48,988 nucleotides of DNA from Candidatus Deferrimicrobiaceae bacterium (GCA_049688015.1 JBAVJZ010000018.1:1-48988); one strand, 5' to 3'. Numbered from the stretch's first letter, positions 19,352-28,306 are shown. The notes: generated by a model from the sequence alone, not told the origin. A program made the numbers and translations.

Positions 19352-20023
19352 TCACCCCGATCGGAGGCGTTGGGCAAGGAGATCGAAATCGGCGACCACC
19401 TCGTGCTCCCGCGTCGCGTTGCGCAGGATATAGGCCGGATGATAGGTGGGAAGAACGGGGATCCCGTCCAGATCGCGCCAATTCCCCCGCGCCCGCGTGA
19501 TCCGGTCGTTGTTCCCGAGGAGATGGTTCAGCGCAACGGCACCGAGCGTGCAGATGATCTCGGGCCGGATGGCCCGGATCTGCCTCCGGAGATAGGGCAG
19601 GCAGGCCGCAGCCTCTTCCGGGAGAGGCGCCCGGTTCCCCGGAGGCCGGCACTTGACGATGTTCGCAATGTAAACATCCTGGCGGGCGATCCCGATACGC
19701 TCGATCCACCTGGTGAGCAGTCTTCCCGCCGCTCCGACAAACGGTTCGCCCTGCCGGTCCTCCTCCGCCCCGGGCCCCTCCCCGACGAACATCAGCCTCG
19801 CCCGGGGATTGCCGACCCCGAAGACGACGTTGGTCCGGCCGGAGCATAGAGGGCACCGGCGGCACGCCACTACCTCATTTCGGATGTCCTCGAGAGTCTC
19901 TTCGCCTTCCCGTGCGGGCGGGTTTGCGGCTTCGGCACCCCGCCTGGCGGGGACCAGGACGTAGTCGATCCCGATTTCCCGCAGGTAGGCGGCGACCATG
20001 TTCCGGGAGAGGCGTTTCGTCAT
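19352..20023 (-). CDS. Uracil-DNA glycosylase, family 4
   Basis: 223-aa ORF with ...CRRCPLC...[38 protein letters not shown]...HPAYILR; family-4 UDG motifs and Fe-S cysteines. Confidence 0.85.
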   Translation of the reverse strand: MTKRLSRNMVAAYLREIGIDYVLVPARRGAEAANPPAREGEETLEDIRNEVVACRRCPLCSGRTNVVFGVGNPRARLMFVGEGPGAEEDRQGEPFVGAAGRLLTRWIERIGIARQDVYIANIVKCRPPGNRAPLPEEAAACLPYLRRQIRAIRPEIICTLGAVALNHLLGNNDRITRARGNWRDLDGIPVLPTYHPAYILRNATREHEVVADFDLLAQRLRSG

Positions 20024-21222
20024 CTCGCGAACAGCTTGCCGTGGAGGGCCAGCCAGACGCCGACCGCGATTCCTTCTTTCGTGGCAAGGGGAAGACCCCG
20101 GATCTCGCCGTCGGAGAAGAAGATCCGCACCTCGTTGTCATCCGATTCGAACCCGATGTCGGTGCGTGAGACGTCGTTTGCGACAATTGCATCGAGGTTC
20201 TTCTTCCTCATCTTCTCGATGGCGTTCTGCGCGATGTCGCCCGTTTCGGCCGCAAACCCGACGAGAACCCGCCGTCCCTTGTTTTTCCCGAGCCCCTCGA
20301 GGATGTCGACGGTGGGTGCAAGCTCCAGTTTCCAGCCGTCCCTGTCCTTCTTGATCTTGGTGGGAGCGACTGTCGCGGCACGGAAGTCGGCCACGGCGGC
20401 GCACATCACGACGGCGTCCGCATCCGGGGATTCCCGTTCTACCGCTTCCCGCATCTCCTCCGCCGTGCGCACGCGGACGGTCTTCATGAAATAGGGATCG
20501 GCAAGCGCGGTCGGTCCTGTCACAAGCGTTACGTCCGCACCGAAACGAAGAGCCACGCGCGCCAGCGAGTACCCCATCTTGCCCGAGGCCCGGTTGGAAA
20601 GATAACGCACGGGGTCGATGTTCTCCGCAGTGGGTCCGGCGCTCACGACGACCTTTTTCCCCTCGAGAATCTTCTCCGCGAGCACGATCTTGGCCATCTC
20701 GACGATCTTGCCGACCGTCGCGAGTCGCCCCGGTCCCACCGTTCCGCAGGCAAGCTCCCCCTCGTCGGGCTCGACGAACCGGAATCCGCGAGAACGGAGA
20801 ACCGCGATGTTTTCCCGCACCGCCGCGGACGCGTACATCTGGGTGTTCATCGCCGGGGCCAGCACGACGGGAGCCGTCGTCGCCGTGACGACGGTCGACA
20901 GCATGTCGTCCGCGATCCCGCTCCGGATCTTTCCGATGATGTTCGCCGTGGCCGGGGCGACCAGGAGGAGGTGCGCCCGCTGCGCCAGGGAAATGTGCCC
21001 GATCTCCGACTCGGAGAGCAGGTTCCAGAGATCCATCACCACGGGGTTCTTGGAAAGCGTCTGGAGGGTCAGGGGGGTGATGAACTGCGATCCGGCGGCA
21101 GTGAGGATCGTATGGACGTTGGCCCCCTCGTTTCTCATCTCCCGGATGATCTCGCACGCCTTGTAGGCCGCGATCCCCCCCGTAATACCCAGAATAACCT
21201 CCTTGCCCGACAGAACGCCCAC
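20020..21222 (-). CDS. coaBC: Bifunctional phosphopantothenoylcysteine decarboxylase / phosphopantothenate-cysteine ligase
   Basis: ...KEVILGITGGIAAYKACEIIR...PAMNTQM... (CoaC half) and ...SAGPTAENIDPVRYLSNRASGKMG... (CoaB half). The GTG at 21222 is preceded by GGAGGGAG and lies just past the MBL gene stop. Confidence 0.9.
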   Translation of the reverse strand: MGVLSGKEVILGITGGIAAYKACEIIREMRNEGANVHTILTAAGSQFITPLTLQTLSKNPVVMDLWNLLSESEIGHISLAQRAHLLLVAPATANIIGKIRSGIADDMLSTVVTATTAPVVLAPAMNTQMYASAAVRENIAVLRSRGFRFVEPDEGELACGTVGPGRLATVGKIVEMAKIVLAEKILEGKKVVVSAGPTAENIDPVRYLSNRASGKMGYSLARVALRFGADVTLVTGPTALADPYFMKTVRVRTAEEMREAVERESPDADAVVMCAAVADFRAATVAPTKIKKDRDGWKLELAPTVDILEGLGKNKGRRVLVGFAAETGDIAQNAIEKMRKKNLDAIVANDVSRTDIGFESDDNEVRIFFSDGEIRGLPLATKEGIAVGVWLALHGKLFAR

Positions 21223-21235
21223 TCGACTCCCTCCC

Positions 21236-21871
21236 TCAGAAAAACGGGTTCGACTGTTTTTCCTCCCCCACTGTCGTAGCCGGCCCATGCCCCGGGAACA
21301 AGACCGTATCGTCGGGAAGGGGGAAGATCTTCTTCCTGACCGACTCGATCAGCTGTTCGTGGTTCCCCCCGGGAAGGTCCGTCCGGCCGATGGATCCCGC
21401 GAAAATGAGATCCCCGACGAACGCCATCTTTCCCACGAGAAAGGATACACATCCCGGGGTGTGCCCCGGCGTGTGCGCCACGAGAAACTCCTGCTCCTCG
21501 AGTCGCACGACATCTCCCTCCTCGACGAGGACGTCCGGCGCAGGGGGATCGGGCACGGACAGGCCGAACAGCATCCCCTGGCGGCTTGCTCCCGTCATCC
21601 GGCTGAGGTCCGCCGGGTGGAGGTGAACGGGGGCCCCCGTCTTCTCACGGAGAAGACTCACCGCGCCCACGTGATCGAAATGGCCGTGAGTCAGAAGGAT
21701 CTTCGTCACCGTGAGGCCCAGGCGGGCGATCTCGCCGAGAATCGCCTCCCCATCGCCCCCAGGGTCGATCACGACGGCTTTACGTGTCCCCGTGTGCTTC
21801 ACGAGGTAGGCGTTCACCGCGAGCGGCCCCACCTCCATCATGTAGACCCGGAGCGGATCCCCTCCCGTCAT
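21236..21871 (-). CDS. MBL-fold metallo-hydrolase (glyoxalase II-like)
   Basis: ...LLTHGHFDHVGA... and ...HTPGHTPG...; beta-lactamase-fold metal motifs. The ATG at 21871 forms an ATGA overlap with the upstream stop. Confidence 0.8.
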   Translation of the reverse strand: MTGGDPLRVYMMEVGPLAVNAYLVKHTGTRKAVVIDPGGDGEAILGEIARLGLTVTKILLTHGHFDHVGAVSLLREKTGAPVHLHPADLSRMTGASRQGMLFGLSVPDPPAPDVLVEEGDVVRLEEQEFLVAHTPGHTPGCVSFLVGKMAFVGDLIFAGSIGRTDLPGGNHEQLIESVRKKIFPLPDDTVLFPGHGPATTVGEEKQSNPFF

Positions 21872-24366
21872 AGCTTCTGCGCCCAAGTGGCGAAAAGGTC
21901 GACGTAGGACGCAGCGATCTCCTCCGCTTCGCGTTTGTCATCGGCCTCCACCCGCAGGTGAAAGTACGCCTCGTCCTGGCTCGGGTAGACGAGCGCCCAG
22001 TCCTCGCCGTGGAAGATCTTCACCCCGTCGACAAACTGGCTCGGCTTCCCCTTGGCGTGCTCCGCGAGCATGCGCATGAGCGCCCCCTTGCGCTCCCAGG
22101 CGCAGGGGATCTTCTTCTTCACCATCACCGTCGGCGGGATCTCCCTCAGGATGTCGGAGAGAGAACTCCCCTCGGCGGACAGCATCTCCATGAACCGGAC
22201 GATCGCGAACATGCCGTCGAAGGCCGGCTGGAACCCGGGGAAAATGTACCCCCCGTTGTCGTCGCCGACGAAGACGACCCCTTCGCGGGCCGCCGTCTCC
22301 ATGAGGGAACGGGGAAGGGTCCTCGTCCGAATGACATCCATCCCGTATCGCGCGGCGATCTTCTCCAGGGTCCGGGAGGCGGTGACGGGCACGCCGATCT
22401 TTCCGGATCTCTTCCTCCGGCAGGCGAGGAGACAGATCACCTGGAGGGCGACCCAGTCCGGGAGGACGTCCCCCTTCTCGTCGACAAGGAAGATCTTCTC
22501 CCCGCCGGTGTCGATCATGGCACCGAAGTCCGCGGAAAGGGACCGGGAGATGGTCGTCAGGTGGGTAAGCCCCTTATGGAATTCTTCCTCCGTCTTCGTA
22601 ATCTTCGCCGCGTCGAGGTTGGCGTTCAGCGCGACCGTCTCGACCCCCAGGCGCCCGAGAATGCGCGGAAAGATGAGGGCCGAGGCACCGTGGGAGTGAT
22701 CGAGGACGATGTTGAATCCCCGCTCCTTGACGCTCTTCACGTCGATGGCCTTGAGAAAGCCGTCGACATAGGTATCGAATCCACCCACGGGGAAGGAGAT
22801 CTCCCCCGTGTCCTCGGAGTCCGCGCGCACGAAGTCCTCCCGGAAGAAGAGCAGCTCGATGTTCCGTTCCATGCCAATGGGGAGGTTCAGCCCGTTTTCG
22901 TCGAAGAATTTCAGATCGATGAAGGACGGGTCGAACGGGCTTTTCCTCGTGTGGACTCCCCCCTTCTCCTCCCGGTGGCTGCGGGCGAGGTACCGGACGA
23001 CGGGCAACGGCGTGACCCCGTAATCGTGGACGTCCACTCCCACCGACAGCATCCCGGTCATGATGGCCCGGTTGATCATCCGGGACGTCTTGTGGCTGTC
23101 CCGGCTCGTGGAGAGGACGACCTTTTTCCCGAAGGTCGCCGCGAACGCCGCCCCGACCTTTGCGGCGAACTCGGGCGTGATCTCGTGATTGGCCAGCCCG
23201 TAGATTCCGTGGGCGCTGAACAGGGAACGGGCCCACTTCTCCGCCCACACGAGGGAGGAGGAAAGAACCGCGCCATCCTCTACCGTCTTGTGCGGCCACA
23301 CCTTGACGTTCGCTTTGACCACCGCCTCGGTCCCGATAACGCAATGATCGCTGATCACCGCCCGCTCGGACAGAAACGCACGCCCCTTGATCACGCAGTC
23401 CGAGCCGATGATGTTCTCTAGCAGCCGCACCCCCTTGTGAATCGTCGTCCGGGGCCACACGACCGAAGACTGGAGCACAGACCCTTCCTCGACGATGCAC
23501 CCGTCGCCGAGCATCACGTTCTCCGCGGAGACACCGCCCTCCACAACGCAGTCCTTCCCGATCACTACGTTTTGCAGGTCGGAAGTGAAGTCGACCCGGG
23601 AATTCTCCCCGATCCACACGTTCCCGCTTCCCGCCTTCTTCCCCTCGAACTCGATCCCCGCCTTTCCGGAGAGAATGTCCAGGTGGACGTTCAGGTATTC
23701 GTCCAGGTTCCCCACGTCCTTCCAGTACCCGTCCGCGACGTACCCAAGGAGCCGGTCCCCCCGCGACAGCATCTCCGGGAAGACGTTCCTGCTCCAGTCG
23801 AAGTTCTTCTGGGGGGGGATGAGGGAGAGCACCTCCGGCTCCAGGATGTAGATACCGGTGTTCACCGTATCGGAGAAGACTTCCCCCCACGACGGTTTTT
23901 CGAGGAACCGGGCGATCCGTCCGTCCTCTTCCGTGATGACGATTCCGTACTGGAGCGGGTTGGGGACCCGGGTGAGCACGATCGTGGCGGCGGCTTTGCG
24001 CTCCCGGTGGAATTCGATCGCCCGGGAGAGGTCGATATCGGTGATGATGTCGGCGCTGATGACCAGAAAGGTGTCGTCGATCCGCGACTCGGCGTGCTTG
24101 ACGGCTCCCGCCGTCCCGTAATCGGCCTCCGCGCCCATATAGTGGATCCGGACGTCCCAGGGGGATCCGTCCCCGAAATAGGAGGTTATTTTCTCGGGAT
24201 AGAAATACAGGAGGACTTCCAGGTCGACGATCCCGGCGCGCTTGAGTAGCCGTACCACGTGCTCCATCATCGGTCGGTTGGCCACGTACGCCATCGGCTT
24301 GGGCAGTTTTTCGGTGATCGGGCGAAGCCTCGTCCCGAACCCGCCTGCCATCACGACTCCCTTCAT
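21868..24366 (-). CDS. Fusion protein: sugar-1-phosphate nucleotidyltransferase (+ left-handed beta-helix) and phosphohexomutase (PMM/PGM-like)
   Basis: N-terminus MKGVVMAGGFGTRLRPITEKLPKPM (NTP-transferase G-loop), then hexapeptide-repeat-like sequence, then C-terminal alpha-D-phosphohexomutase-like sequence. I could not confirm a canonical phosphoserine loop by eye. The ATG at 24366 is preceded by GGGGAGG. Confidence 0.78.
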   Translation of the reverse strand: MKGVVMAGGFGTRLRPITEKLPKPMAYVANRPMMEHVVRLLKRAGIVDLEVLLYFYPEKITSYFGDGSPWDVRIHYMGAEADYGTAGAVKHAESRIDDTFLVISADIITDIDLSRAIEFHRERKAAATIVLTRVPNPLQYGIVITEEDGRIARFLEKPSWGEVFSDTVNTGIYILEPEVLSLIPPQKNFDWSRNVFPEMLSRGDRLLGYVADGYWKDVGNLDEYLNVHLDILSGKAGIEFEGKKAGSGNVWIGENSRVDFTSDLQNVVIGKDCVVEGGVSAENVMLGDGCIVEEGSVLQSSVVWPRTTIHKGVRLLENIIGSDCVIKGRAFLSERAVISDHCVIGTEAVVKANVKVWPHKTVEDGAVLSSSLVWAEKWARSLFSAHGIYGLANHEITPEFAAKVGAAFAATFGKKVVLSTSRDSHKTSRMINRAIMTGMLSVGVDVHDYGVTPLPVVRYLARSHREEKGGVHTRKSPFDPSFIDLKFFDENGLNLPIGMERNIELLFFREDFVRADSEDTGEISFPVGGFDTYVDGFLKAIDVKSVKERGFNIVLDHSHGASALIFPRILGRLGVETVALNANLDAAKITKTEEEFHKGLTHLTTISRSLSADFGAMIDTGGEKIFLVDEKGDVLPDWVALQVICLLACRRKRSGKIGVPVTASRTLEKIAARYGMDVIRTRTLPRSLMETAAREGVVFVGDDNGGYIFPGFQPAFDGMFAIVRFMEMLSAEGSSLSDILREIPPTVMVKKKIPCAWERKGALMRMLAEHAKGKPSQFVDGVKIFHGEDWALVYPSQDEAYFHLRVEADDKREAEEIAASYVDLFATWAQKL

Positions 24367-24397
24367 CCCGACAGGCCTCCCCACCGTGATATGCGGA

Positions 24398-25084
24398 TCA
24401 CAGCAAACGTAAGAACTTGGTCATTCCGAAATACCCGAATGAGATCGCAAAGAAGAACAGGAACAGGGCGCAGGCACCCACGATCCATCGGTAGGCGCGG
24501 TCTGTGAGCCGCCTTCTCCCCGCGGAGACGGCGAAGCCGATGAAAAGGTACCAGACCGCGTCGGCGAGGATGTGCCCGGCGAAGAACAGGGCGATCCCCG
24601 CCGCGCCGAGTTCCCGGGAGATGACGAGATATCCCAGGCCAATGGTGGCCCACCAGATCGTCCAGTAGGGGTTCGATATCGATGCCACGACGCCCGATAG
24701 GACCGGGCGGAATACGTCCGCCCGGCTGACGTTTCCCCCTTGCGGTGGTCCGAAGTTCGTCTCCTCCCCGCGGATCTCGAGCCGAAGCGTACCGACTTCG
24801 CGTGCCATTCCCACCGCCATCCAGAAAAGCATCGCCCCCCCGGCAAGCGCGATCGCCGTCGTTGCCACCTCCCCCCTCATCCATTCCGCCAACCCGAGCA
24901 GAATGAGGGCGAGGAGACCGGCCTCGAGGATCCCGTGCCCGAGAACGAGAAGGGGCGCCGCCACGAATCCCCGTCGAGTCGTGTCCCGGACGGTCACGGC
25001 AAGGAGGGGCCCCGGCATCAGGGCTCCCGAAAGAGCGATGATGAAAGAGGAAACGAATATGGCGGCGGGACTCGCGAAATTCAT
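24398..25084 (-). CDS. LysE-family amino-acid exporter
   Basis: From ATG 25084: MNFASPAAIFVSSFIIALSGALMPGPLLAVTV...; LysE/RhtB N-terminal PGP motif and about 6 TM segments. Confidence 0.75.
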   Translation of the reverse strand: MNFASPAAIFVSSFIIALSGALMPGPLLAVTVRDTTRRGFVAAPLLVLGHGILEAGLLALILLGLAEWMRGEVATTAIALAGGAMLFWMAVGMAREVGTLRLEIRGEETNFGPPQGGNVSRADVFRPVLSGVVASISNPYWTIWWATIGLGYLVISRELGAAGIALFFAGHILADAVWYLFIGFAVSAGRRRLTDRAYRWIVGACALFLFFFAISFGYFGMTKFLRLL

Positions 25085-25090
25085 ATAGAC

Positions 25091-25099
25091 TTTATAACA
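25091..25099 (-). promoter_or_regulatory. Candidate extended -10 (TGTTATAAA) for lysE, implying a leaderless or near-leaderless mRNA
   Basis: Minus strand reads TG-T-TATAAA, then gtctat, then ATG (25084). There is no SD between them. The same AT-rich core read on the plus strand (TATAAC, 25093..25098) lies just upstream of the Nudix SD. Confidence 0.3.
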
Positions 25100-25111
25100 C
25101 AACAGGAGGAA

Positions 25112-25525
25112 GTGGTGATCCGTGGACCCATTCCCACCGTGGACGTCATCATCGAGGTCGGTCGGAAGATCGTCCTCATACGGAGGAAGCACCCTCCGAC
25201 GGGATGGGCCATCCCCGGAGGATTCATCGACCGAGGGGAAAGGGCGGAGGACGCCGCGGTGCGGGAAGCGCGGGAGGAAACAGGACTATTCGTAACCCTC
25301 ACTACCCTGTTCGGCGTATATTCCGACCCGGCGCGGGATTCCCGGCAGCATACGATCTCCACCGTGTATCTCGCAACCGCCCAGGGAACGCCGGCGGGGG
25401 GGGATGACGCTGCCGAGGCCCGCCTGTTCGAGGAGCAGGACCTGCCTGCCCCCCTCGTGTTCGACCACGCGCACATTCTGGCCGACTACTTCCAGTTCCG
25501 GAAGACCGGAAGGCGCCCCCTGTAG
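25112..25525 (+). CDS. Nudix hydrolase
   Basis: GTG-GTG start 1 nt after AGGAGGA (25104..25110). Nudix box GGFIDRGERAEDAAVREAREETG is present. The upstream part of the 261-aa track ORF is antisense to lysE and was discarded. Confidence 0.8.
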   Translation: MVIRGPIPTVDVIIEVGRKIVLIRRKHPPTGWAIPGGFIDRGERAEDAAVREAREETGLFVTLTTLFGVYSDPARDSRQHTISTVYLATAQGTPAGGDDAAEARLFEEQDLPAPLVFDHAHILADYFQFRKTGRRPL

Positions 25526-25730
25526 CGGGGCGCCGGCATTCGGCTCGCCTTTCTCGATTCCGGCCAATGGGCCCCGGCTCGCGGGGGGCTTCCCGCTCCG
25601 CTACGCTCGCGATCTTGCGCCCGCTCGCTGCCGGTTCCGCTCGCCGGCAAGGGTACCTCGCTCCACAGGCCGCTCCGGGGATGCCCCCCCATCGCCCGAA
25701 GGTCCCTGTTGACACTCGCCGACGGGGCAA

Positions 25731-25758
25731 GCGGCCCCCCGAGATGCCGGGGGGCCGC
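25731..25758. terminator. Perfect 10-bp GC hairpin just past the aspC stop (possible terminator, weak U-tract)
   Basis: GCGGCCCCCC (25731..25740), an 8-nt loop, then GGGGGGCCGC (25749..25758). It lies 7 nt from the aspC stop codon in a convergent spacer. Confidence 0.45.
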
Positions 25759-25765
25759 GAAGAAG

Positions 25766-26962
25766 TCAGGAGAGAGCCTTGATCGCCTGCTCGATCCTGT
25801 CGATCCCCTTTTCGATGGTCTTCATCGATGTCGCGTACGAGAGTCTCTGGCATTCGTCGGCTCCGAATGCCACCCCCGGGACGGACGCCACCCGATGGTC
25901 TTCCAGAAGATAGGCGGCGAGGGCGGCGGAACCGTCGATCACCCTGCCCGCGGGGGTCTTCTTCCCGTACACCTTCGAGAAGTTCGGGAAGACGTAGAAC
26001 GCCCCCTGCGGCAGGAGGCAGGAAACGCCGGGAATCTTGTTGAGCCTCTCCACGATGAGGCGCCGCCGCCTGTCGAATTCGGCCCCCCACTCCTTCATGA
26101 AATCCTGTGGCCCGTTGAGCGCCTCGATGGCGGCCTTGTCACAGAAGGAAACCGGGTTGCTCGTGCTCTGGCTCTGGATGTTGTTCATCGCCGCGACAAG
26201 CTCCTTGTCGGCCGCCACATACCCGATTCTCCATCCGGTCATCGAGTAGGCCTTGGACAGCCCGTTGACGACGATCGTCCGCTTCCTGATCTCCTCTCCG
26301 AACGAGGCGATGCTGACAAACCGGAACCCGTCGTAGACGAGCTTTTCGTAGATGTCGTCCGACAGTACGGTCACGTCCCGCCGGACGATCACGTCCGCGA
26401 TCCGTTTCAGCTCCTCCTCCGTGTATGCCGCCCCGGTGGGGTTGGAGGGGCTGTTCAGCACAACGCACTTCGTCCGGGGCGTGATCGCCTGGTCGAGCTG
26501 TTGGGGGGTCAGCTTGAACCCCGTTTCCTCCTTCGTGTCGACGATCACCGGGGTGGCGCCGGCCAGGAGGACGATGTCGGGGTAGGAGACCCAATAGGGA
26601 GCGGGGATGACGACCTCGTCCCCTTCCTCGAAAAACGCCTGGGCAACGTTATAGATGGAGTGCTTCGCCCCCACGGAGACGATGATGTTCTCCCTCTTGT
26701 ACTCCAGGCCGTTGTCGCGCCGGAATTTCGCGATGACAGCATCCTTGAGCTCCGGGGTGCCGGGCACCGGAGTATACTTCGTGTAGCCGGCGTCCAGGGC
26801 CTTCTTGGCCACCGCCTTGATGTGTTCCGGCGTGTCGAAGTCCGGCTCGCCTGCCCCGAACCCCACGACGTCGATCCCTTCCGCCTTCATGGCTTTTGCC
26901 TTGCTCGTGATGGCCAGCGTGGGGGACGGCTGAATTTTGGAGACTCTTCGTGCGAGTTTCAT
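25766..26962 (-). CDS. PLP-dependent aminotransferase, class I (aspartate aminotransferase-like)
   Basis: From ATG 26962: MKLARRVSKIQPSPTLAITSKAKAMKAEGIDVVGFGAGEPDFDTPEHI... and ...NGLSKAYSMTGWRIGY... (PLP lysine motif). Confidence 0.88.
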   Translation of the reverse strand: MKLARRVSKIQPSPTLAITSKAKAMKAEGIDVVGFGAGEPDFDTPEHIKAVAKKALDAGYTKYTPVPGTPELKDAVIAKFRRDNGLEYKRENIIVSVGAKHSIYNVAQAFFEEGDEVVIPAPYWVSYPDIVLLAGATPVIVDTKEETGFKLTPQQLDQAITPRTKCVVLNSPSNPTGAAYTEEELKRIADVIVRRDVTVLSDDIYEKLVYDGFRFVSIASFGEEIRKRTIVVNGLSKAYSMTGWRIGYVAADKELVAAMNNIQSQSTSNPVSFCDKAAIEALNGPQDFMKEWGAEFDRRRRLIVERLNKIPGVSCLLPQGAFYVFPNFSKVYGKKTPAGRVIDGSAALAAYLLEDHRVASVPGVAFGADECQRLSYATSMKTIEKGIDRIEQAIKALS

Positions 26963-27002
26963 CGAGATGCGCTCCTTTCCCCGCGGCTCGGGGGTTGTTG
27001 GA

Positions 27003-27491
27003 TTATTTCTTCCTTCCGAGTTTCCGGAAGACCATGTTCCTGACAAACGGCGGGACCAGGTCGTCGATCTTCCCTCCGAATCGAGCGATCTCCTTGGCGA
27101 TCTGGGAGCTGATGTAGGAATGTCGCTCTCCGGTCATCATGAAAACCGTGTCGGTCTCGGGGGAAAGTTTCTTGTTCATGTGGGCCATCTGGAACTCGTA
27201 CTCGAAATCCGAGATGGCCCGAAGGCCTCTCACCACGACGTGGGCATCCACGACCCTGACGTATTCCACGAGGAGCCCCCGGAAGGAGTCGACTTCCACG
27301 TTGGGGAAGGGCCGGGTGAGCTTCCGGAGCATGGACACCCTCTCGGCCGGTGTGAACATCGTGTCTTTCTGGATGTTCTTTGCCACGGAAACGATCACCC
27401 GTGAGAATACCCGGGACGATCGTTCGATGATGTCGAGGTGGCCGAACGTCGGAGGGTCGAACGACCCGGGGTATACGGCGACCGTTTTCAT
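27003..27491 (-). CDS. coaD: Phosphopantetheine adenylyltransferase
   Basis: 162 aa from the internal ATG: MKTVAVYPGSFDPPTFGHLDIIERS...ISSQIAKEI...; classic CoaD. ATGA overlap with the rsmD stop. Confidence 0.92.
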   Translation of the reverse strand: MKTVAVYPGSFDPPTFGHLDIIERSSRVFSRVIVSVAKNIQKDTMFTPAERVSMLRKLTRPFPNVEVDSFRGLLVEYVRVVDAHVVVRGLRAISDFEYEFQMAHMNKKLSPETDTVFMMTGERHSYISSQIAKEIARFGGKIDDLVPPFVRNMVFRKLGRKK

Positions 27492-28048
27492 CCTCGCTCC
27501 TTTCCCACTGTGAAGATCATCACCCTCGTGTCCCCGTACCGTTTGTCCCCGGTCCGTTCCCAGGCGGCCGGGAATACCGGGGCCGGAGTGCGCGCGGCCT
27601 CTTCCACCACAATCGTTCCGCCGCATTCCAGGAGGCATGCACCGGCAAGATCTTCCGCCGCCCGCTCCGCGATCCCTTTTCCGTACGGGGGATCCAGGAA
27701 AACAAGGTCGAACCGGGCGTCCCGTCCCCGCAGGACGCGAACGGCGGCCCGGCAATCCATCGGGAGAATCTCCGCCGCATCCGCACCCAGATCCAGGACG
27801 TTGCGGCGCAATACCGCGAAGGTGCGGGGATCCGATTCCACCAACACCGCCGACGAAGCCCCGCGCGAAAGAGCCTCCAGCCCGAGCGCCCCTGTCCCGG
27901 CGAAAAGGTCCAGCACCCGTGCCCCCTCCGTCCCCCTCCCCAGGATATCGAAGATCGCTTCCCGGACGCGGTCGGCCGTCGGCCGCACCGCATGCCCCCG
28001 TGGGGCGCGAAGCCGCCTGCCCCGCCATTTCCCCGATACTACACGCAC
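27488..28048 (-). CDS. rsmD: 16S rRNA (guanine966-N2)-methyltransferase
   Basis: From GTG 28048: VRVVSGKWRGRRLRAPRGHAVRPTADRVREAIFDIL...VLDLFAGTGALGLEALSRGA...VFLDPPY; RsmD motifs. Confidence 0.85.
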   Translation of the reverse strand: MRVVSGKWRGRRLRAPRGHAVRPTADRVREAIFDILGRGTEGARVLDLFAGTGALGLEALSRGASSAVLVESDPRTFAVLRRNVLDLGADAAEILPMDCRAAVRVLRGRDARFDLVFLDPPYGKGIAERAAEDLAGACLLECGGTIVVEEAARTPAPVFPAAWERTGDKRYGDTRVMIFTVGKERG

Positions 28049-28055
28049 CCGTGGG

Positions 28056-28187
28056 CTATACGCGGGCGGAAAGGTAATCGGCAACGATTCGAGCCGTACC
28101 CTCGGCACGAAAAGCCCGAAGCAGCGCGAGAGCCTCCCGGTAGGCGGCATTCTCGGGAACGAACTTCTTCAGCTGCTTCGCGACCAT
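28056..28187 (-). CDS. Candidate 43-aa small protein (not in the ORF track because it is under 60 aa)
   Basis: Hand translation: MVAKQLKKFVPENAAYREALALLRAFRAEGTARIVADYLSARV*. AGGAGGGTGA lies 3 nt upstream of the ATG. The TAG stop is 7 nt before the rsmD GTG. No family recognised. Confidence 0.3.
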   Translation of the reverse strand: MVAKQLKKFVPENAAYREALALLRAFRAEGTARIVADYLSARV

Positions 28188-28291
28188 CCGTCACCCTCCT
28201 GGGATATCTGCCCTCCCATTATTGGAATTTCGCACCTCTACGTCAAGGAGCCGTCTCGACAGGCGCTACCTCCCCTGTCATTCTAGAGGCC

Positions 28292-28306
28292 GTACCATCG
28301 TGGTAC
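28292..28306 (+). promoter_or_regulatory. Perfect palindrome GTACCA-tcg-TGGTAC upstream of the efflux operon (operator or 5'-UTR hairpin candidate)
   Basis: Located 34-48 nt upstream of the tolC-like ATG. Overlaps a weak sigma70-like pair: TTCTAG (28281..28286), 17 nt, TACACT (28304..28309). Confidence 0.3.

Noticed and set aside
25709-27043. 444-aa plus-strand ORF. Similar long ORFs occur at 59..1123, 7835..9064, 21958..23421 and 14607..15698.
   Set aside because: All are antisense to well-supported genes (aspC-like, nusA, recJ, the NTP-transferase/PMM fusion, spoIID). They lack SDs and have low-complexity R/P/G-rich translations.
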